Source of the DNA: Thraustochytrium aureum
Taxonomy: Eukaryota
Assembly: GCA_012862495.1 (NCBI GenBank)
Contig: BLSG01000302.1
Span: 97,574 to 161,387, forward strand
Direction of reading: 5' to 3'
DNA: 63,814 nucleotides
Under the pieces are notes generated by a model, which worked only from the letters and a program-made list of their open reading frames with translations, did not search any database and had not been told where the DNA came from. Position numbers and translations under genes: made by a program. How positions within the stretch are numbered: the stretch's first letter is position 1; each line of letters opens with the position of its first letter. Below are positions 47,236-58,623 of this stretch, one piece after another.

Positions 47236-49590
47236 TTACAGGTCGTTCCGCTCAAAGAGCATGACGAGCTCGCAGTGCTCGGTATGCGGGAAGAGATCGA
47301 CCGGGATCGCCTTGACCGGGCGAAACGGGGCGCCTGGCCTTTGCTTGTGCTCGGCGCGGCAAAGAGCCACCGCGTTGTCGACAAACTGGCCAGTAGGGTT
47401 GCAAGAGACAAACACGAGGCGCTTGATCGCCGCAGAGCAGCGCAGCTCACGGATCACGCGCTTGTGCAGGCCGCCGCGCGGCGGGTCAACGATGGCGACC
47501 GTTTCAGCGTCCTCGGCGCGCAAGATCTCGCGCGCTTTGAGGGCATCGGCGTCCGTCTCCTTGTCGAGCTCTTCCTGGCTTGCGAACCGGCTCAGAAACC
47601 CGCGCATGACGTCCTCCACCTTGCTGGCCACAAAGCAGGCGTGGTCGAGCCCGTTCGCGGCCGCGTTCTTGCGCGCGTCTGCGATGGCGGCCTCGCTCGA
47701 GTCAATCCCCACGACCTTGTCGAACGACTTTGCCATGCTGAGCCCGATCGTCCCCGTGCCGCAGCAGACGTCAAACACGCTGGTGGTCCGCTTTTCGGGG
47801 GCAGCGGCCTTGGCGCCTTGGTCGCCTTTGCTGGGCTCCAGGGCCCACTCGCGGATCTTGGCGTAGAGGACCTCGGCGGCGGGCGAATTGACTTGAAAGA
47901 ACGCCTGCGGGGACACGGCATAGGTGATGCCGTCAAGAACCTCGTAGATATGCGAGTCGCCATGCACCACCTCAAAGGGGTGGTTCTCGGGCGGCGCGCT
48001 CGGCCCGTCGTAGATAGAGATGGCGAGACTCTTGAGCGCCGTGCCCCCGTATGCCGGCTTGCCCTCTTGGGCCATGTGCTCTGCGAGCCGGCACACCTCG
48101 GCGCGCGCCTCTTCGGCGCCGACCTCCTCCCCGCGGACCGTGNNNNNNNNNNNNNNNNNNNNNNNNNNNNNNNNNNNNNNNNNNNNNNNNNNNNNNNNNN
48201 NNNNNNNNNNNNNNNNNNNNNNNNNNNNNNNNNNNNNNNNNNNNNNNNNNNNNNNNNNNNNNNNNNNNNNNNNNNNNNNNNNNNNNNNNNNNNNNNNNNN
48301 NNNNNNNNNNNNNNNNNNNNNNNNNNNNNNNNNNNNNNNNNNNNNNNNNNNNNNNNNNNNNNNNNNNNNNNNNNNNNNNNNNNNNNNNNNNNNNNNNNNN
48401 NNNNNNNNNNNNNNNNNNNNNNNNNNNNNNNNNNNNNNNNNNNNNNNNNNNNNNNNNNNNNNNNNNNNNNNNNNNNNNNNNNNNNNNGACCTCCTCCCCG
48501 CGGACCGTGACCATGGCCATCATGCTGCTGGTTGAGTCAAACTGGCGCAGCATCAAGGAGCGCCAAAACCCGCTCTTGCCCAGGCGGTCGTACACGGCCA
48601 GCTTGGACTCTTGCTTGATAAACTCTTGCACCCGCGTGGCGAACGCAAGCATGCCCTTGGGCACCGTCGAGCATTCGTCGCCCGGAACGACGCGCAGCGA
48701 GCCCGTGCGGAACCCGCCGAGGCGAAAGCCCACGCACACCTCGCCATCGCCGTCCTTGCCAATCGTAAACTCGCACTTGTTGCGGTACTCTTCTGTGCGG
48801 GGCGAGGGCAGAATCTCCTCCAGCGGGCAGATGGTCGAGGGGATCTTGTCCCCGATGCAGTTGAGCGCCTTGGCGTCTTCGCGGGCCTCCTTCTTGGCAA
48901 GCGCTTGCTCCGGGGTCAGCTCGGCCCCAGGCGCCTCGTCGGCCTCCTCGAGCTCGTCGCCGTGCTCATTTTCGAGCTCTTTGCCTTCTTGGACGGGTGC
49001 TCCTCTGTCGGCTTGGCGTCGTCTCCCTCCTCTTCGTCCGGCTTTGCTGCCGGCGCTCGCTTGACGTGGCGGCCGGGCCTGTCGATCAGCCACTGCGGGA
49101 GTGGGGTCTTGTCTTGGGTGCGGCTCTCGGCCTGCACGAGCTGGCGCGTGATCTTGCGCAGCACTTTGACCATTTCCTTTTGCTTGTTTCGGAGCTGTGT
49201 CTTGTACGGCACTGCGTGCCAGGGCTCGGTTGCGTCGCGCGCCGACTCGGCGATAAACTCGCCCTTGTCCTTGCGCTCCTCGCGTTTTCGCTTGCGCGCC
49301 TCAAAAGAGGTCTTTTCTTCGTCCTCCTCCCAGGCCTCGACCACGTAGGCCTCGCCGTCCCGCCCTTTCAGGGCCTCGAGCTTTGGCTTGGCGGCGTCCG
49401 CCTGGGCCTGGTCGTTGAAGGTGACGAACATGTGCGTCTTTTGCGGGTCGCGCCTCAAGTTGCGAAACTCGATCCCGGCATCCTTGAGCACGCGGTCCAC
49501 GACGTGCCGCTTGACGCCCTTGCCCACGTTGAGCACCTTGACCCGCACAATCTTGTCCAGGTCGTCCACCTTGCTGCCGTCTTCGCCCAT
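47236..49590 (-). CDS. TRMT2A: tRNA (uracil-5-)-methyltransferase TRM2/TRMT2A; indel ~48985; gap flanks overlap
   Basis: RRM-like N-terminus, PWHAVPYKTQL, YRNKCEFTIG, GFWRSLMLR, VSPQAFFQVN, DVCCGTGTIGL, AIVDPPRGGLH, LVFVSCNP, VDLFPHTEHCELV. Confidence 0.93.
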
Positions 49591-50982
49591 CTTTCTTGCC
49601 CGTCGCAGCTTCAAGCTGCAGAACGGCAAGCCAAGCAGTCCGGAGGCGCAAACCAACGATAACGAGACCGCAAGAGCGCCTGGGCCGAGCTATCTCTATC
49701 TCTACCTCTACGCCGTGCCGCCGTCGCCGCGGATCGGAGTCTGCGCGGTGGTCTGCCGTGCCGCCGTCGCCGCAGATCGAGGTCTACCTACGCGAAGCTG
49801 GTGGCCATGGAGGCGAACAAGGAGTATCTCCGATTAACCCGACGCCAGCTACCGCTCTCGCGGGGCTTTTAGCCTTTTTTNNNNNNNNNNNNNNNNNNNN
49901 NNNNNNNNNNNNNNNNNNNNNNNNNNNNNNNNNNNNNNNNNNNNNNNNNNNNNNNNNNNNNNNNNNNNNNNNNNNNNNNNNNNNNNNNNNNNNNNNNNNN
50001 NNNNNNNNNNNNNNNNNNNNNNNNNNNNNNNNNNNNNNNNNNNNNNNNNNNNNNNNNNNNNNNNNNNNNNNNNNNNNNNNNNNNNNNNNNNNNNNNNNNN
50101 NNNNNNNNNNNNNNNNNNNNNNNNNNNNNNNNNNNNNNNNNNNNNNNNNNNNNNNNNNNNNNNNNNNNNNNNNNNNNNNNNNNNNNNNNNNNNNNNNNNN
50201 NNNNNNNNNNNNNNNNNNNNNNNNNNNNNNNNNNNNNNNNNNNNNNNNNNNNNNNNNNNNNNNNNNNNNNNNNNNNNNNNNNNNNNNNNNNNNNNNNNNN
50301 NNNNNNNNNNNNNNNNNNNNNNNNNNNNNNNNNNNNNNNNNNNNNNNNNNNNNNNNNNNNNNNNNNNNNNNNNNNNNNNNNNNNNNNNNNNNNNNNNNNN
50401 NNNNNNNNNNNNNNNNNNNNNNNNNNNNNNNNNNNNNNNNNNNNNNNNNNNNNNNNNNNNNNNNNNNNNNNNNNNNNNNNNNNNNNNNNNNNNNNNNNNN
50501 NNNNNNNNNNNNNNNNNNNNNNNNNNNNNNNNNNNNNNNNNNNNNNNNNNNNNNNNNNNNNNNNNNNNNNNNNNNNNNNNNNNNNNNNNNNNNNNNNNNN
50601 NNNNNNNNNNNNNNNNNNNNNNNNNNNNNNNNNNNNNNNNNNNNNNNNNNNNNNNNNNNNNNNNNNNNNNNNNNNNNNNNNNNNNNNNNNNNNNNNNNNN
50701 NNNNNNNNNNNNNNNNNNNNNNNNNNNNNNNNNNNNNNNNNNNNNNNNNNNNNNNNNNNNNNNNNNNNNNNNNNNNNNNNNNNNNNNNNNNNNNNNNNNN
50801 NNNNNNNNNNNNNNNNNNNNNNNNNNNNNNNNNNNNNNNNNNNNNNNNNNNNNNNNNNNNNNNNNNNNNNNNNNNNNNNCCTTCGAGGAAGCGGCGCTGT
50901 CCTCCGCGGGCCCGTCAGAGCTGCTGCGTGGCAGCATGCCCACACGGTACGCGCAGGGCTCGGCGCACGCTCGGGGTTCGCC

Positions 50983-52926
50983 ATGGAGGAGGCGCGCAGG
51001 CTGCTGCAGGAGAGCAAGAGCATCCTGGAAGCCGCCCGCAAGGACCTCGAGACCTGCCAGGCTCTCCAGGCCGAGCTCTTCGCAGAGCAGGATGGCCTGC
51101 GGCGCATGGACGCCGACGATGTTGCGGGACCCGCCAAGGACACGTGGTCGCCGCCGCCTCTGTATCCGAAGGTCATGAAGGCGGACGCTGCCGACGCGCG
51201 GACCGCGCAGTCTTTCGAGGCAGCGCCGCAGGACGACGAGGCGGCGCTGGAGCGGCGGCCTAGGCTCGCTTCGGAAGCCTTGCACGACGCCGAAATGAGT
51301 TTGCACCAAGCCAGCGGTTCCGGCGAAAGGGCCGGCTCCGGAGATGAGGACGAGGGTGAGGGTGAGGACGACAACGACGACGACGACGACGAAGTGGGCT
51401 CGAGCCTGCCCGACGCCGACGAGGCCGATGAAGTGGACGCAGACTCTGACGAAGAAGACCGCAACGAGATCACTCCCATGCTCAACATCAACGGGGCCGA
51501 AGACCAGGTGGACGAGGTCGAGAGCCCCGGCGCACTGAGCGAGCAGCCGGGGACCTCTGGCGCTGCGGCATTCGCTGCAGCGGGCGGCAACGGGCGCGAC
51601 GGCAAGGACGCAGCCGCTGAGGCCCTTGAGCCCGTCGCCTATGGCCAGTTTGACGACGAGTTTGACGAAGACGACGACCTCGAGCTGTTGGCGCTCCTCC
51701 CGCCTCCCAAACCTGGCCTCCAGCAGCACATGTCGATGCGCACGCTGAGGACGGCGAGCGAGGTCCGCATCGGCGACGGCACGCCGGACCCTGAGGCAGC
51801 TGCGGAGGCGCGCAAAGCCGCGTCTGACGCCGACGGATCGGAGGAGCCGCGACCGACCCTGCAGATGGTCAAACTGGCCGGGTACCTGATGAAGTTGCCC
51901 AGCACACCAAAGGCGTTTGCCCGGCCGCACAGCAGGTTCTTCGTGCTGGAGGGCGCGATTCTGCTGTACTGCACCTCGCACCGCAGCAACATCCCGCGGC
52001 GGATGCTCCAGCTGCTCGGCGCGCGGTGCGACGCGTACGTTCGCAAGAGCACCAAGAGCACCAACAAGCCTGTCTACGAGATCCGCGTCATACCCGCGAC
52101 AGGGCGAGGGCGCCGGCCAGAGCGCTGCTTTCGCATGAGCGTCAACTCGGAGGCAGAAGCCCTGCATTGGACGTCAGCGATTGTGAACAACATCAACTGC
52201 GCGTACGAGCAAGAGCAGGCCACTCTGGCGGAACGCAAGCGCGGCAAGCGCACCGAGGCGCGGCGGACGTCGCACCTGGGCGAGGACATCACAGAGCGGC
52301 CGCGCGACCTGCCGAAGACGTTTTACGACATCCTGGGCGTGCCCGCTGACGCTACTGCCAAGCAGATTCGCGTCACATACTACAAACTCGCGCAAAAGTT
52401 TCACCCAGACAAAAACCCCGACATCGACACCAAGGCATTCGCAGAGATTGGCCAGGCGTACCAGGTTCTCAAAGACAAGACTCTGCGCGCCAACTACGAT
52501 CTCGGGGAGACCGTCAAGAGCGCGTTTCGCCTCGGCGTGCTTGCCACCAAGCACGACGAAAGCGGCGAGAGCGCCCGCATGGCTTTCTTCTTGGACCGCC
52601 AGTTCGAGAATCTGTTTTGGCAGGAGGCCGACAAAGGGAGCGTGCTCATGCCAGGCTACGCGCGCGTCGAGCTGCGGTACGTGCACAAGATCTTTGCAGG
52701 CGAGGACGACGCGGAGATCCCTCTCGAAGCGGAGAAGCAGCCGTTCTGCGTGGCGCTGCACATGTCGCCGCATGCAAAGTCTCTGGGCTATCCCACAATT
52801 TACATCGAGCTTGACACGCAGGAGGCGCGCGACGACATCCTCGACGGGCTGCGCATTCTGCGTTGCGGGGCCAGCATGCTCTTTCAGCAAAACCTGGACG
52901 CCATGAAGGAAGAGGGTCTTCGCTGA
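50983..52926 (+). CDS. PH domain + DnaJ domain + C-terminal PH-like domain protein (5' end may extend into gap)
   Basis: PH: VKLAGYLMKL...RFFVLEGAILLY...EALHWTSAI. J domain: FYDILGV...YYKLAQKFHPDKNP...AYQVLKD...YD. C-terminus: LFWQ...IELDTQEARDDILDGLRIL. Confidence 0.85.
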   Translation: MEEARRLLQESKSILEAARKDLETCQALQAELFAEQDGLRRMDADDVAGPAKDTWSPPPLYPKVMKADAADARTAQSFEAAPQDDEAALERRPRLASEALHDAEMSLHQASGSGERAGSGDEDEGEGEDDNDDDDDEVGSSLPDADEADEVDADSDEEDRNEITPMLNINGAEDQVDEVESPGALSEQPGTSGAAAFAAAGGNGRDGKDAAAEALEPVAYGQFDDEFDEDDDLELLALLPPPKPGLQQHMSMRTLRTASEVRIGDGTPDPEAAAEARKAASDADGSEEPRPTLQMVKLAGYLMKLPSTPKAFARPHSRFFVLEGAILLYCTSHRSNIPRRMLQLLGARCDAYVRKSTKSTNKPVYEIRVIPATGRGRRPERCFRMSVNSEAEALHWTSAIVNNINCAYEQEQATLAERKRGKRTEARRTSHLGEDITERPRDLPKTFYDILGVPADATAKQIRVTYYKLAQKFHPDKNPDIDTKAFAEIGQAYQVLKDKTLRANYDLGETVKSAFRLGVLATKHDESGESARMAFFLDRQFENLFWQEADKGSVLMPGYARVELRYVHKIFAGEDDAEIPLEAEKQPFCVALHMSPHAKSLGYPTIYIELDTQEARDDILDGLRILRCGASMLFQQNLDAMKEEGLR

Positions 52927-53142
52927 AGGCCGAGACGCCTAGCGCTACGAGGCGGCGCCCCTTGCGGGCCTCTGCGACTGGCACGGCGTTCTGTGTCAAC
53001 CCGAAGCGTCGTGGCAAGACAAGGCTCGGCCAGCTCACTCTACCTACCATAACTGCGCACAACAGAGAACTCGTTTACGATTGTCGGAAAGGGAAGATGC
53101 GCCGCGTCCCGGGCCACGGCGGGCTGCCTAGGCCGTGGCAGG

Positions 53143-53829
53143 TCAGGGTCGCCCCACATAGATCGCAAAGTCTTCGCGCGCCTCGTCCCTGCTCACGCCG
53201 TCCAAGGCGAGGACCTCGTACTTGCTTTGCAAGTCGCGAAGGCTCACGGGGCTCATCGTCGCGAACGTGTCCGAGCAGGCGGAGAGCACTGCGCGAAGCG
53301 CTGGGCTGCAGGAGGACCGGTTGATGCGGCCTTGCTCCACCTTGTCGACGATGCTCACTTTGCACAAGAGGCTCGCGCCGCCCAGTTCAGCGCAAGCTGA
53401 CAGGTCCATGGCTGCGGCAAGACCTGGGCCCAGAGGTGCAGCTGCGGCCTTGCCTCCCATGGCGGCGGCCACGTCGTCCGCCTCCCACCACTCGACCTCT
53501 TTGAGGAACAGCCGAACGAGACCAGGCCGCTGCGCCGTGAATGCGAGCTCGCTTGGCGCATCGATCGAAACGCGCTGCGACCGGCGCCCAGACAGTGGGG
53601 ACAGCGCCGCGTTGGCCTCGTCCACGGCATCAACCAGTCTGACGCACCGCCAGACCTTTCCCGGCGCTGACGACGGCAAGTCGAGCCTGAACCGCGCCCC
53701 CTGCGGCAAGCGAAAGCCGGCGTCGCATTCGACGCGGTTAAACACAAACCTCGCGTTCCCGTCTCCGTCCGTCTCGGTCTTTGCGCTTGCTTGAGAACCT
53801 TGTTCCGGGCCGCGGTCCTCGCCCGGCAT
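53143..53829 (-). CDS. Hypothetical protein, possible chagasin/I42-like Ig fold at N-terminus
   Basis: ORF from ATG 53829 with FRLDLPSSAPGKVW and FTAQRPGLVRLFLKEVEWWE pattern. Confidence 0.4.
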   Translation of the reverse strand: MPGEDRGPEQGSQASAKTETDGDGNARFVFNRVECDAGFRLPQGARFRLDLPSSAPGKVWRCVRLVDAVDEANAALSPLSGRRSQRVSIDAPSELAFTAQRPGLVRLFLKEVEWWEADDVAAAMGGKAAAAPLGPGLAAAMDLSACAELGGASLLCKVSIVDKVEQGRINRSSCSPALRAVLSACSDTFATMSPVSLRDLQSKYEVLALDGVSRDEAREDFAIYVGRP

Positions 53830-54813
53830 GGTCGCGCCGAGGCTGCGCAGCCCGAGAAGGGACTGGATCACGCCTCGAAACGAGCGAAGCAGGAGAATCT
53901 GCCTCGTCCGGGCCCAGTCGATGGCCCAGTCTGCCTGCTCGGCAGCCGGGCACACAGCCTTTTCGCCCCAAGCGACGCGGCCAAGGATGAGGCGCGTTCC
54001 CCCTCGACAAGAAACNNNNNNNNNNNNNNNNNNNNNNNNNNNNNNNNNNNNNNNNNNNNNNNNNNNNNNNNNNNNNNNNNNNNNNNNNNNNNNNNNNNNN
54101 NNNNNNNNNNNNNNNNNNNNNNNNNNNNNNNNNNNNNNNNNNNNNNNNNNNNNNNNNNNNNNNNNNNNNNNNNNNNNNNNNNNNNNNNNNNNNNNNNNNN
54201 NNNNNNNNNNNNNNNNNNNNNNNNNNNNNNNNNNNNNNNNNNNNNNNNNNNNNNNNNNNNNNNNNNNNNNNNNNNNNNNNNNNNNNNNNNNNNNNNNNNN
54301 NNNNNNNNNNNNNNNNNNNNNNNNNNNNNNNNNNNNNNNNNNNNNNNNNNNNNNNNNNNNNNNNNNNNNNNNNNNNNNNNNNNNNNNNNNNNNNNNNNNN
54401 NNNNNNNNNNNNNNNNNNNNNNNNNNNNNNNNNNNNNNNNNNNNNNNNNNNNNNNNNNNNNNNNNNNNNNNNNNNNNNNNNNNNNNNNNNNNNNNNNNNN
54501 NNNNNNNNNNNNNNNNNNNNNNNNNNNNNNNNNNNNNNNNNNNNNNNNNNNNNNNNNNNNNNNNNNNNNNNNNNNNNNNNNNNNNNNNNNNNNNNNNNNN
54601 NNNNNNNNNNNNNNNNNNNNNNNNAGCTAGAGTAGAACAGAATCTGCCGGTGGCGTTGGGGCCGATCGATCCTCCCCGTCTCCCGCCCCGTCTCGCTCTG
54701 CGGACCCTCTGCGGCGCGCACGCGGAGTGGCGAGCTCGCTTCGGCCGCCAGGGAATCGCTGCAGGGGCGCTGGCCGGCTGGCTCGGTGTGGAGAGCGCGG
54801 CGACCGAGGCTCG

Positions 54814-55392
54814 ATGGCCGACATTTTCGCCCTCGACGAGCTGCTCAGCAAAGCCAGCCTCGACGCCGAGGAGCGCGAGCAGCAGCAGCAGCAGCAGCAG
54901 CTCAAGGCGACGCCGTCGGCGATCATCGCAGGGGCTGCCCTGCGCGAGCGCGAAGCGGCCAAGAGGGGCGCTGCGGAAGGCGACGAGGAGTCTCGCCGGA
55001 AACCGGCCGGCGGTGCCGGGGACGCGATATGGGACGCCGACGAAGTGGACTCGCCGCACGTGGCCGCGCTCAAGGCCGGGGACAGCCGCAAGCAGCCCGA
55101 GTACGACATTGTGTACAAGCAGGCGGTGGGCGCCGAGGCGGTGTACTTTGGGATGGGTGACGTCGATCCCAGCTCGAACTCGTGCACGGAGATTGTCGTC
55201 AAGGTGAAACTGCCTGGGGAGGCCTTCAAGGACCTTGATTTGGACGTGCAGCGGCAGTCGATGATCGTCAGTTCGCCGCAGTACCGCCTCGCGACCTACT
55301 TGCCGTATCCTGTCGACTCGTCGCGCGGCTCGGCAAAGTGGCTCCCCGAGTCGAGCACACTCAGCGTCACCTTGCCGATCGTGGACGAGTGA
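54814..55392 (+). CDS. DNAAF6: Dynein axonemal assembly factor 6 (PIH1D3)
   Basis: IWDADEV, DSRKQPEYDIVYKQAVGAEAVYFGM, DPSSNSCTEIVVKVKLPG, YRLATYLPYPV...GSAKW...LSVTLPI (CS domain). Confidence 0.88.
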   Translation: MADIFALDELLSKASLDAEEREQQQQQQQLKATPSAIIAGAALREREAAKRGAAEGDEESRRKPAGGAGDAIWDADEVDSPHVAALKAGDSRKQPEYDIVYKQAVGAEAVYFGMGDVDPSSNSCTEIVVKVKLPGEAFKDLDLDVQRQSMIVSSPQYRLATYLPYPVDSSRGSAKWLPESSTLSVTLPIVDE

Positions 55393-55808
55393 GCGACCGC
55401 GAGTTGGCATGGGCCCGCGCGCATCGCGTTCGCGCAGCGCGTTCGCGCAGGGCGTTCGCGCAGCGCGGCGGATCTCGCAGCGCGGCGGGGGTGTGGCGGA
55501 GGGTGCAGGCACGGGTGAATTTGCTGCTGACCTTGACGGCCTCCGACAACCCACCAACGAGAAGCTGCCGCGATCGCGCGCAGGCTGCGCGCGCGCCCCG
55601 GGGCCTTCCTTGCGCATCAACCGGAAGCGAACTACACTGCACGCAGAGACCCTGCGTGGCACACGCGGATCACACTTCGCGCGGACCCCTCTCAAGCCCC
55701 GCAGCGCGGACTCCAGACGCCCAGCGGCAGCTGGAAAGGTATCTCCGAGAGAGACGAGCGCTGCCTTCACCGCGCCTTGCTCCAAAGGCCGCGAGAGGCG
55801 AAAAACGA

Positions 55809-55947
55809 GACCAAACCAAACCAAACCAAACAAACAAAGGAAGGAAGGAAACGGATTGCAGAACAAAGCAGAACAGCTCTCTCGGAGCAGCAGACCCCAA
55901 TCGCACGCGGCGCAGCAGCACCGGCGAGCGAGACACACAGGCCAACA

Positions 55948-55985
<38 letters not shown>

Positions 55986-56104
55986 GCGGCCAGCCAGCCA
56001 GGCGGCAAGGTCGCGGCGCCCGTGGCAGGCAGCTCACGGCACCCGTGGCAGGCAGGCGCAGAGGCAGGCAGGCGCAGAGGCAGGCAGGCCAGAGGCAGGC
56101 AGAG
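55809..56104 (+). repeat. Microsatellite cluster (AAACC, GGAA, GCCA, GGCA) upstream of bZIP gene
   Basis: Seen directly. Confidence 0.88.
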
Positions 56105-56268
56105 CCAGAGGAGGTCGCGGCCACCGTGGCAGGCAGATAGCGAGCGGGAGGCCAGTGCGTGCCTGGTTGCGGAGCGCCGTCCGTGGACGCGGTGGGTGGC
56201 GGCCAGCAGGCTGCGAAGACGGCGCGCGTGGAGAAGGCAGGCGGGACAAGCAAGGGGCGTTGGCGAGA

Positions 56269-58623
56269 ATGTACGGGGCCTGGGGAAGCGCGCAGGACGG
56301 CGGGGACGACACGGCGCTTGGGAACGGCAAGGCCTCGTACGCGTCAGGGGCCTTTGAAGGGGATGGCATGTATGGGGAGCAGCAGTCCATGGGCGCGGGG
56401 AATTTGGACGACATGGGCNNNNNNNNNNNNNNNNNNNNNNNNNNNNNNNNNNNNNNNNNNNNNNNNNNNNNNNNNNNNNNNNNNNNNNNNNNNNNNNNNN
56501 NNNNNNNNNNNNNNNNNNNNNNNNNNNNNNNNNNNNNNNNNNNNNNNNNNNNNNNNNNNNNNNNNNNNNNNNNNNNNNNNNNNNNNNNNNNNNNNNNNNN
56601 NNNNNNNNNNNNNNNNNNNNNNNNNNNNNNNNNNNNNNNNNNNNNNNNNNNNNNNNNNNNNNNNNNNNNNNNNNNNNNNNNNNNNNNNNNAATTTGGACG
56701 ACATGGGCGCAGACAGCGACGGCGGCGATGACGACGACCCAAACACGAAGCGAAACCTGTCGCAGCGCGAAAGAAACCGCGAGGCGGTGCGCAACTGCCG
56801 CAAACGCAAGCGCGAGCATACCAAGCAGCTGCGCGACCGCATCGAGCAGCTCATGGAGGAGAACGCCAAGCTGCGCCTCGAGCTTCAGCTGGGCGGCGAC
56901 CAAAAGCCCAGTATGCAGCAACTCGGCAGCGACGACGAGCAAGAACTGATCCAGGAGATGCTCGAGCTTGTCCGCATAGCCCGCGAAGAAGAGGCCGCCG
57001 AGGGCGAGGAAGAGCGGCAGGCTCGGCGCAATGCCGTAAATGGCGCGCCACCGCGCTCGGACACCGAGATGGCGCTGCGACGCAAGATTCAAGTGTACAT
57101 GGAAAGGCACCAGGGACCCACGGCCGCGACCGGCAAAAGGCCATCGCCTTCATCCTCGGCCGGCTCCAGCGACTCGTGGAGCCAGAAAACATCACCAAGC
57201 AATACCTGCAGATCATGACGGCCGAAGGCGGGCTCGACCTGCAGTCGGAAGAGTGGCGCGGCCTGGGCGAAGAGCTCCAGCTCTCGACCGCCCAAATGGG
57301 GGAGTTCGCGATGCGGCGCAGGTACGCCAAGCGTCTGCGAACCGAGCTGGACTGCGCGTTCGAAAAAATGCGGAGCATTGTGCAGAGGTGCCGCCGCAAC
57401 AAAAAGGTGGGCGACTCGCTCAACGAGCTGACCACGATCCTCAGGCCAGAGCAGTTCGCGCGCTTCGTGGTCTGGGTGCACAGCAACCCAGCCTGCAAGG
57501 ACATCCTGGACGAGCTCTGGGATAAGCTGCTGGCCAAGTGCGACGTGCAGATCAACCGGGAGATTCAGAGCAACCCGACCGCCGTCGCGCAGATCAAGCG
57601 GTTTCAGCAGAACAGCGCCGCGCTGGCCATGCGCCTCTTCTCCATCGCCGACCCGCACGCGCGAGAGGCGATCGCCAAACTCTGCGTGCACCCGGACGTC
57701 GTGTTGGTGGACGCCAACAACAACGTGGACAAGCGAGGCATTAAGGCCGTCACGCGCTACATGAGCTACGTGACCCACGCCTTCGACACGCAGTCCTGCG
57801 ACCGGACAAAGTCGCTGCGCTCCCTCAATGTCGAGGAGCGCACCATCGACTCCGACCCGGAGGACGACAAGGTCACGGGGGCCTGGCGGCTGTCTGGCGT
57901 CTACATCGGCCGCCTGCGCCCGCGCAAGAGCAGCGCACACCCCGGCATCGACTCGCCAGCAGCACCCTTCGGCTTTGGCTCTGCCAGCATGACCGAGCCC
58001 TCTGACGAGTTTACGCTGCCCTCCTCCGTCACGGCGCAGCAAATGAGCGCGGTGGCCACCTTCTCGGAGGCTACCCTCGCCCGCGCCCGAGCGGCCGCCG
58101 CAGCCGCGGGCAAGTCGGGCAACATGGCGGCGCCTGGAGGGGGGCTGCAAGCTGGTGCTGGCTCCCCGTCCTCGTTTCCCTCGCCAACGGGGAGCCAGGG
58201 CGCGCCAGAGCCTCTTTTGTCAAAGAGGAGCAGCGTGAGCGCACGGTGACATTCAACGTGATGGTGGAGTTCAGTTTCGCGGACCCGCAACGTCGTGACA
58301 TGATCAGCGAGATGGTCATCTCCTGGGACGCCTTGTCCTTGGTAAACCAGCTGGGCCTCTTACGCTCGCCGGCCAAGGGCGTGCTCCCGCCGCCCAACAT
58401 GGACGTGCCGCACCAGCCGCTCGGCCCCTCTGTTGTAGCCGTTGCCCAGGCCCAGGCAGAAGCGAGCGCCCGCGCCGTGGCCAAGGCGGCGTCAGAACGC
58501 CCCGCCGTTTCCCCTTCACTGCCGGCGGCCCCACCCGCTCCTGAAGTGGCCGAGCCAGCCGCCGACACGGCCGAGGGCGCTGCGGGCGACGCGGAGGTGT
58601 CTGCGCTGGGCCTCGCAGCGAGC
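56269..58623 (+). CDS. bZIP transcription factor with C-terminal SnoaL/NTF2-like domain (indels ~57115, ~58240; 3' end at gap)
   Basis: Basic region RERNREAVRNCRKRKR plus leucine zipper. Later HPDVVLVD...RGIKAVTRY...AF...VTGAWRLSGVYIG...ISEMVISWDALSLVNQLG. Confidence 0.8.

Noticed and set aside
48121..48509. Identical 22-bp sequences flanking the gap in TRMT2A, resembling a target-site duplication
   Set aside because: Merging the two copies restores a continuous reading frame (MVTVRGEEVGAEEARAEV), so this is an unmerged contig overlap.
53143..56253. Long minus-strand 1036-aa ORF and similar antisense ORFs throughout the window
   Set aside because: Shadow ORFs caused by high GC content, microsatellites and N read-through; they overlap well-supported genes on the other strand.
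56401..56708. AATTTGGACGACATGGGC repeated on both sides of the gap in the bZIP gene
   Set aside because: Contig overlap or collapsed short coding repeat; no evidence of a mobile element.
1380..58250. Frameshifts in a dozen or more conserved genes suggesting programmed frameshifting, RNA editing or mass pseudogenisation
   Set aside because: Those I examined (UBA2 ~3478, EF-RGS ~7120, bioA ~9445, calpain ~24555, MCM9 ~34405) are each fixed by adding one base, mostly at short homopolymer runs. They share no slippery motif and hit essential genes, which is typical of 454/Ion Torrent-type errors. Read mapping would confirm.
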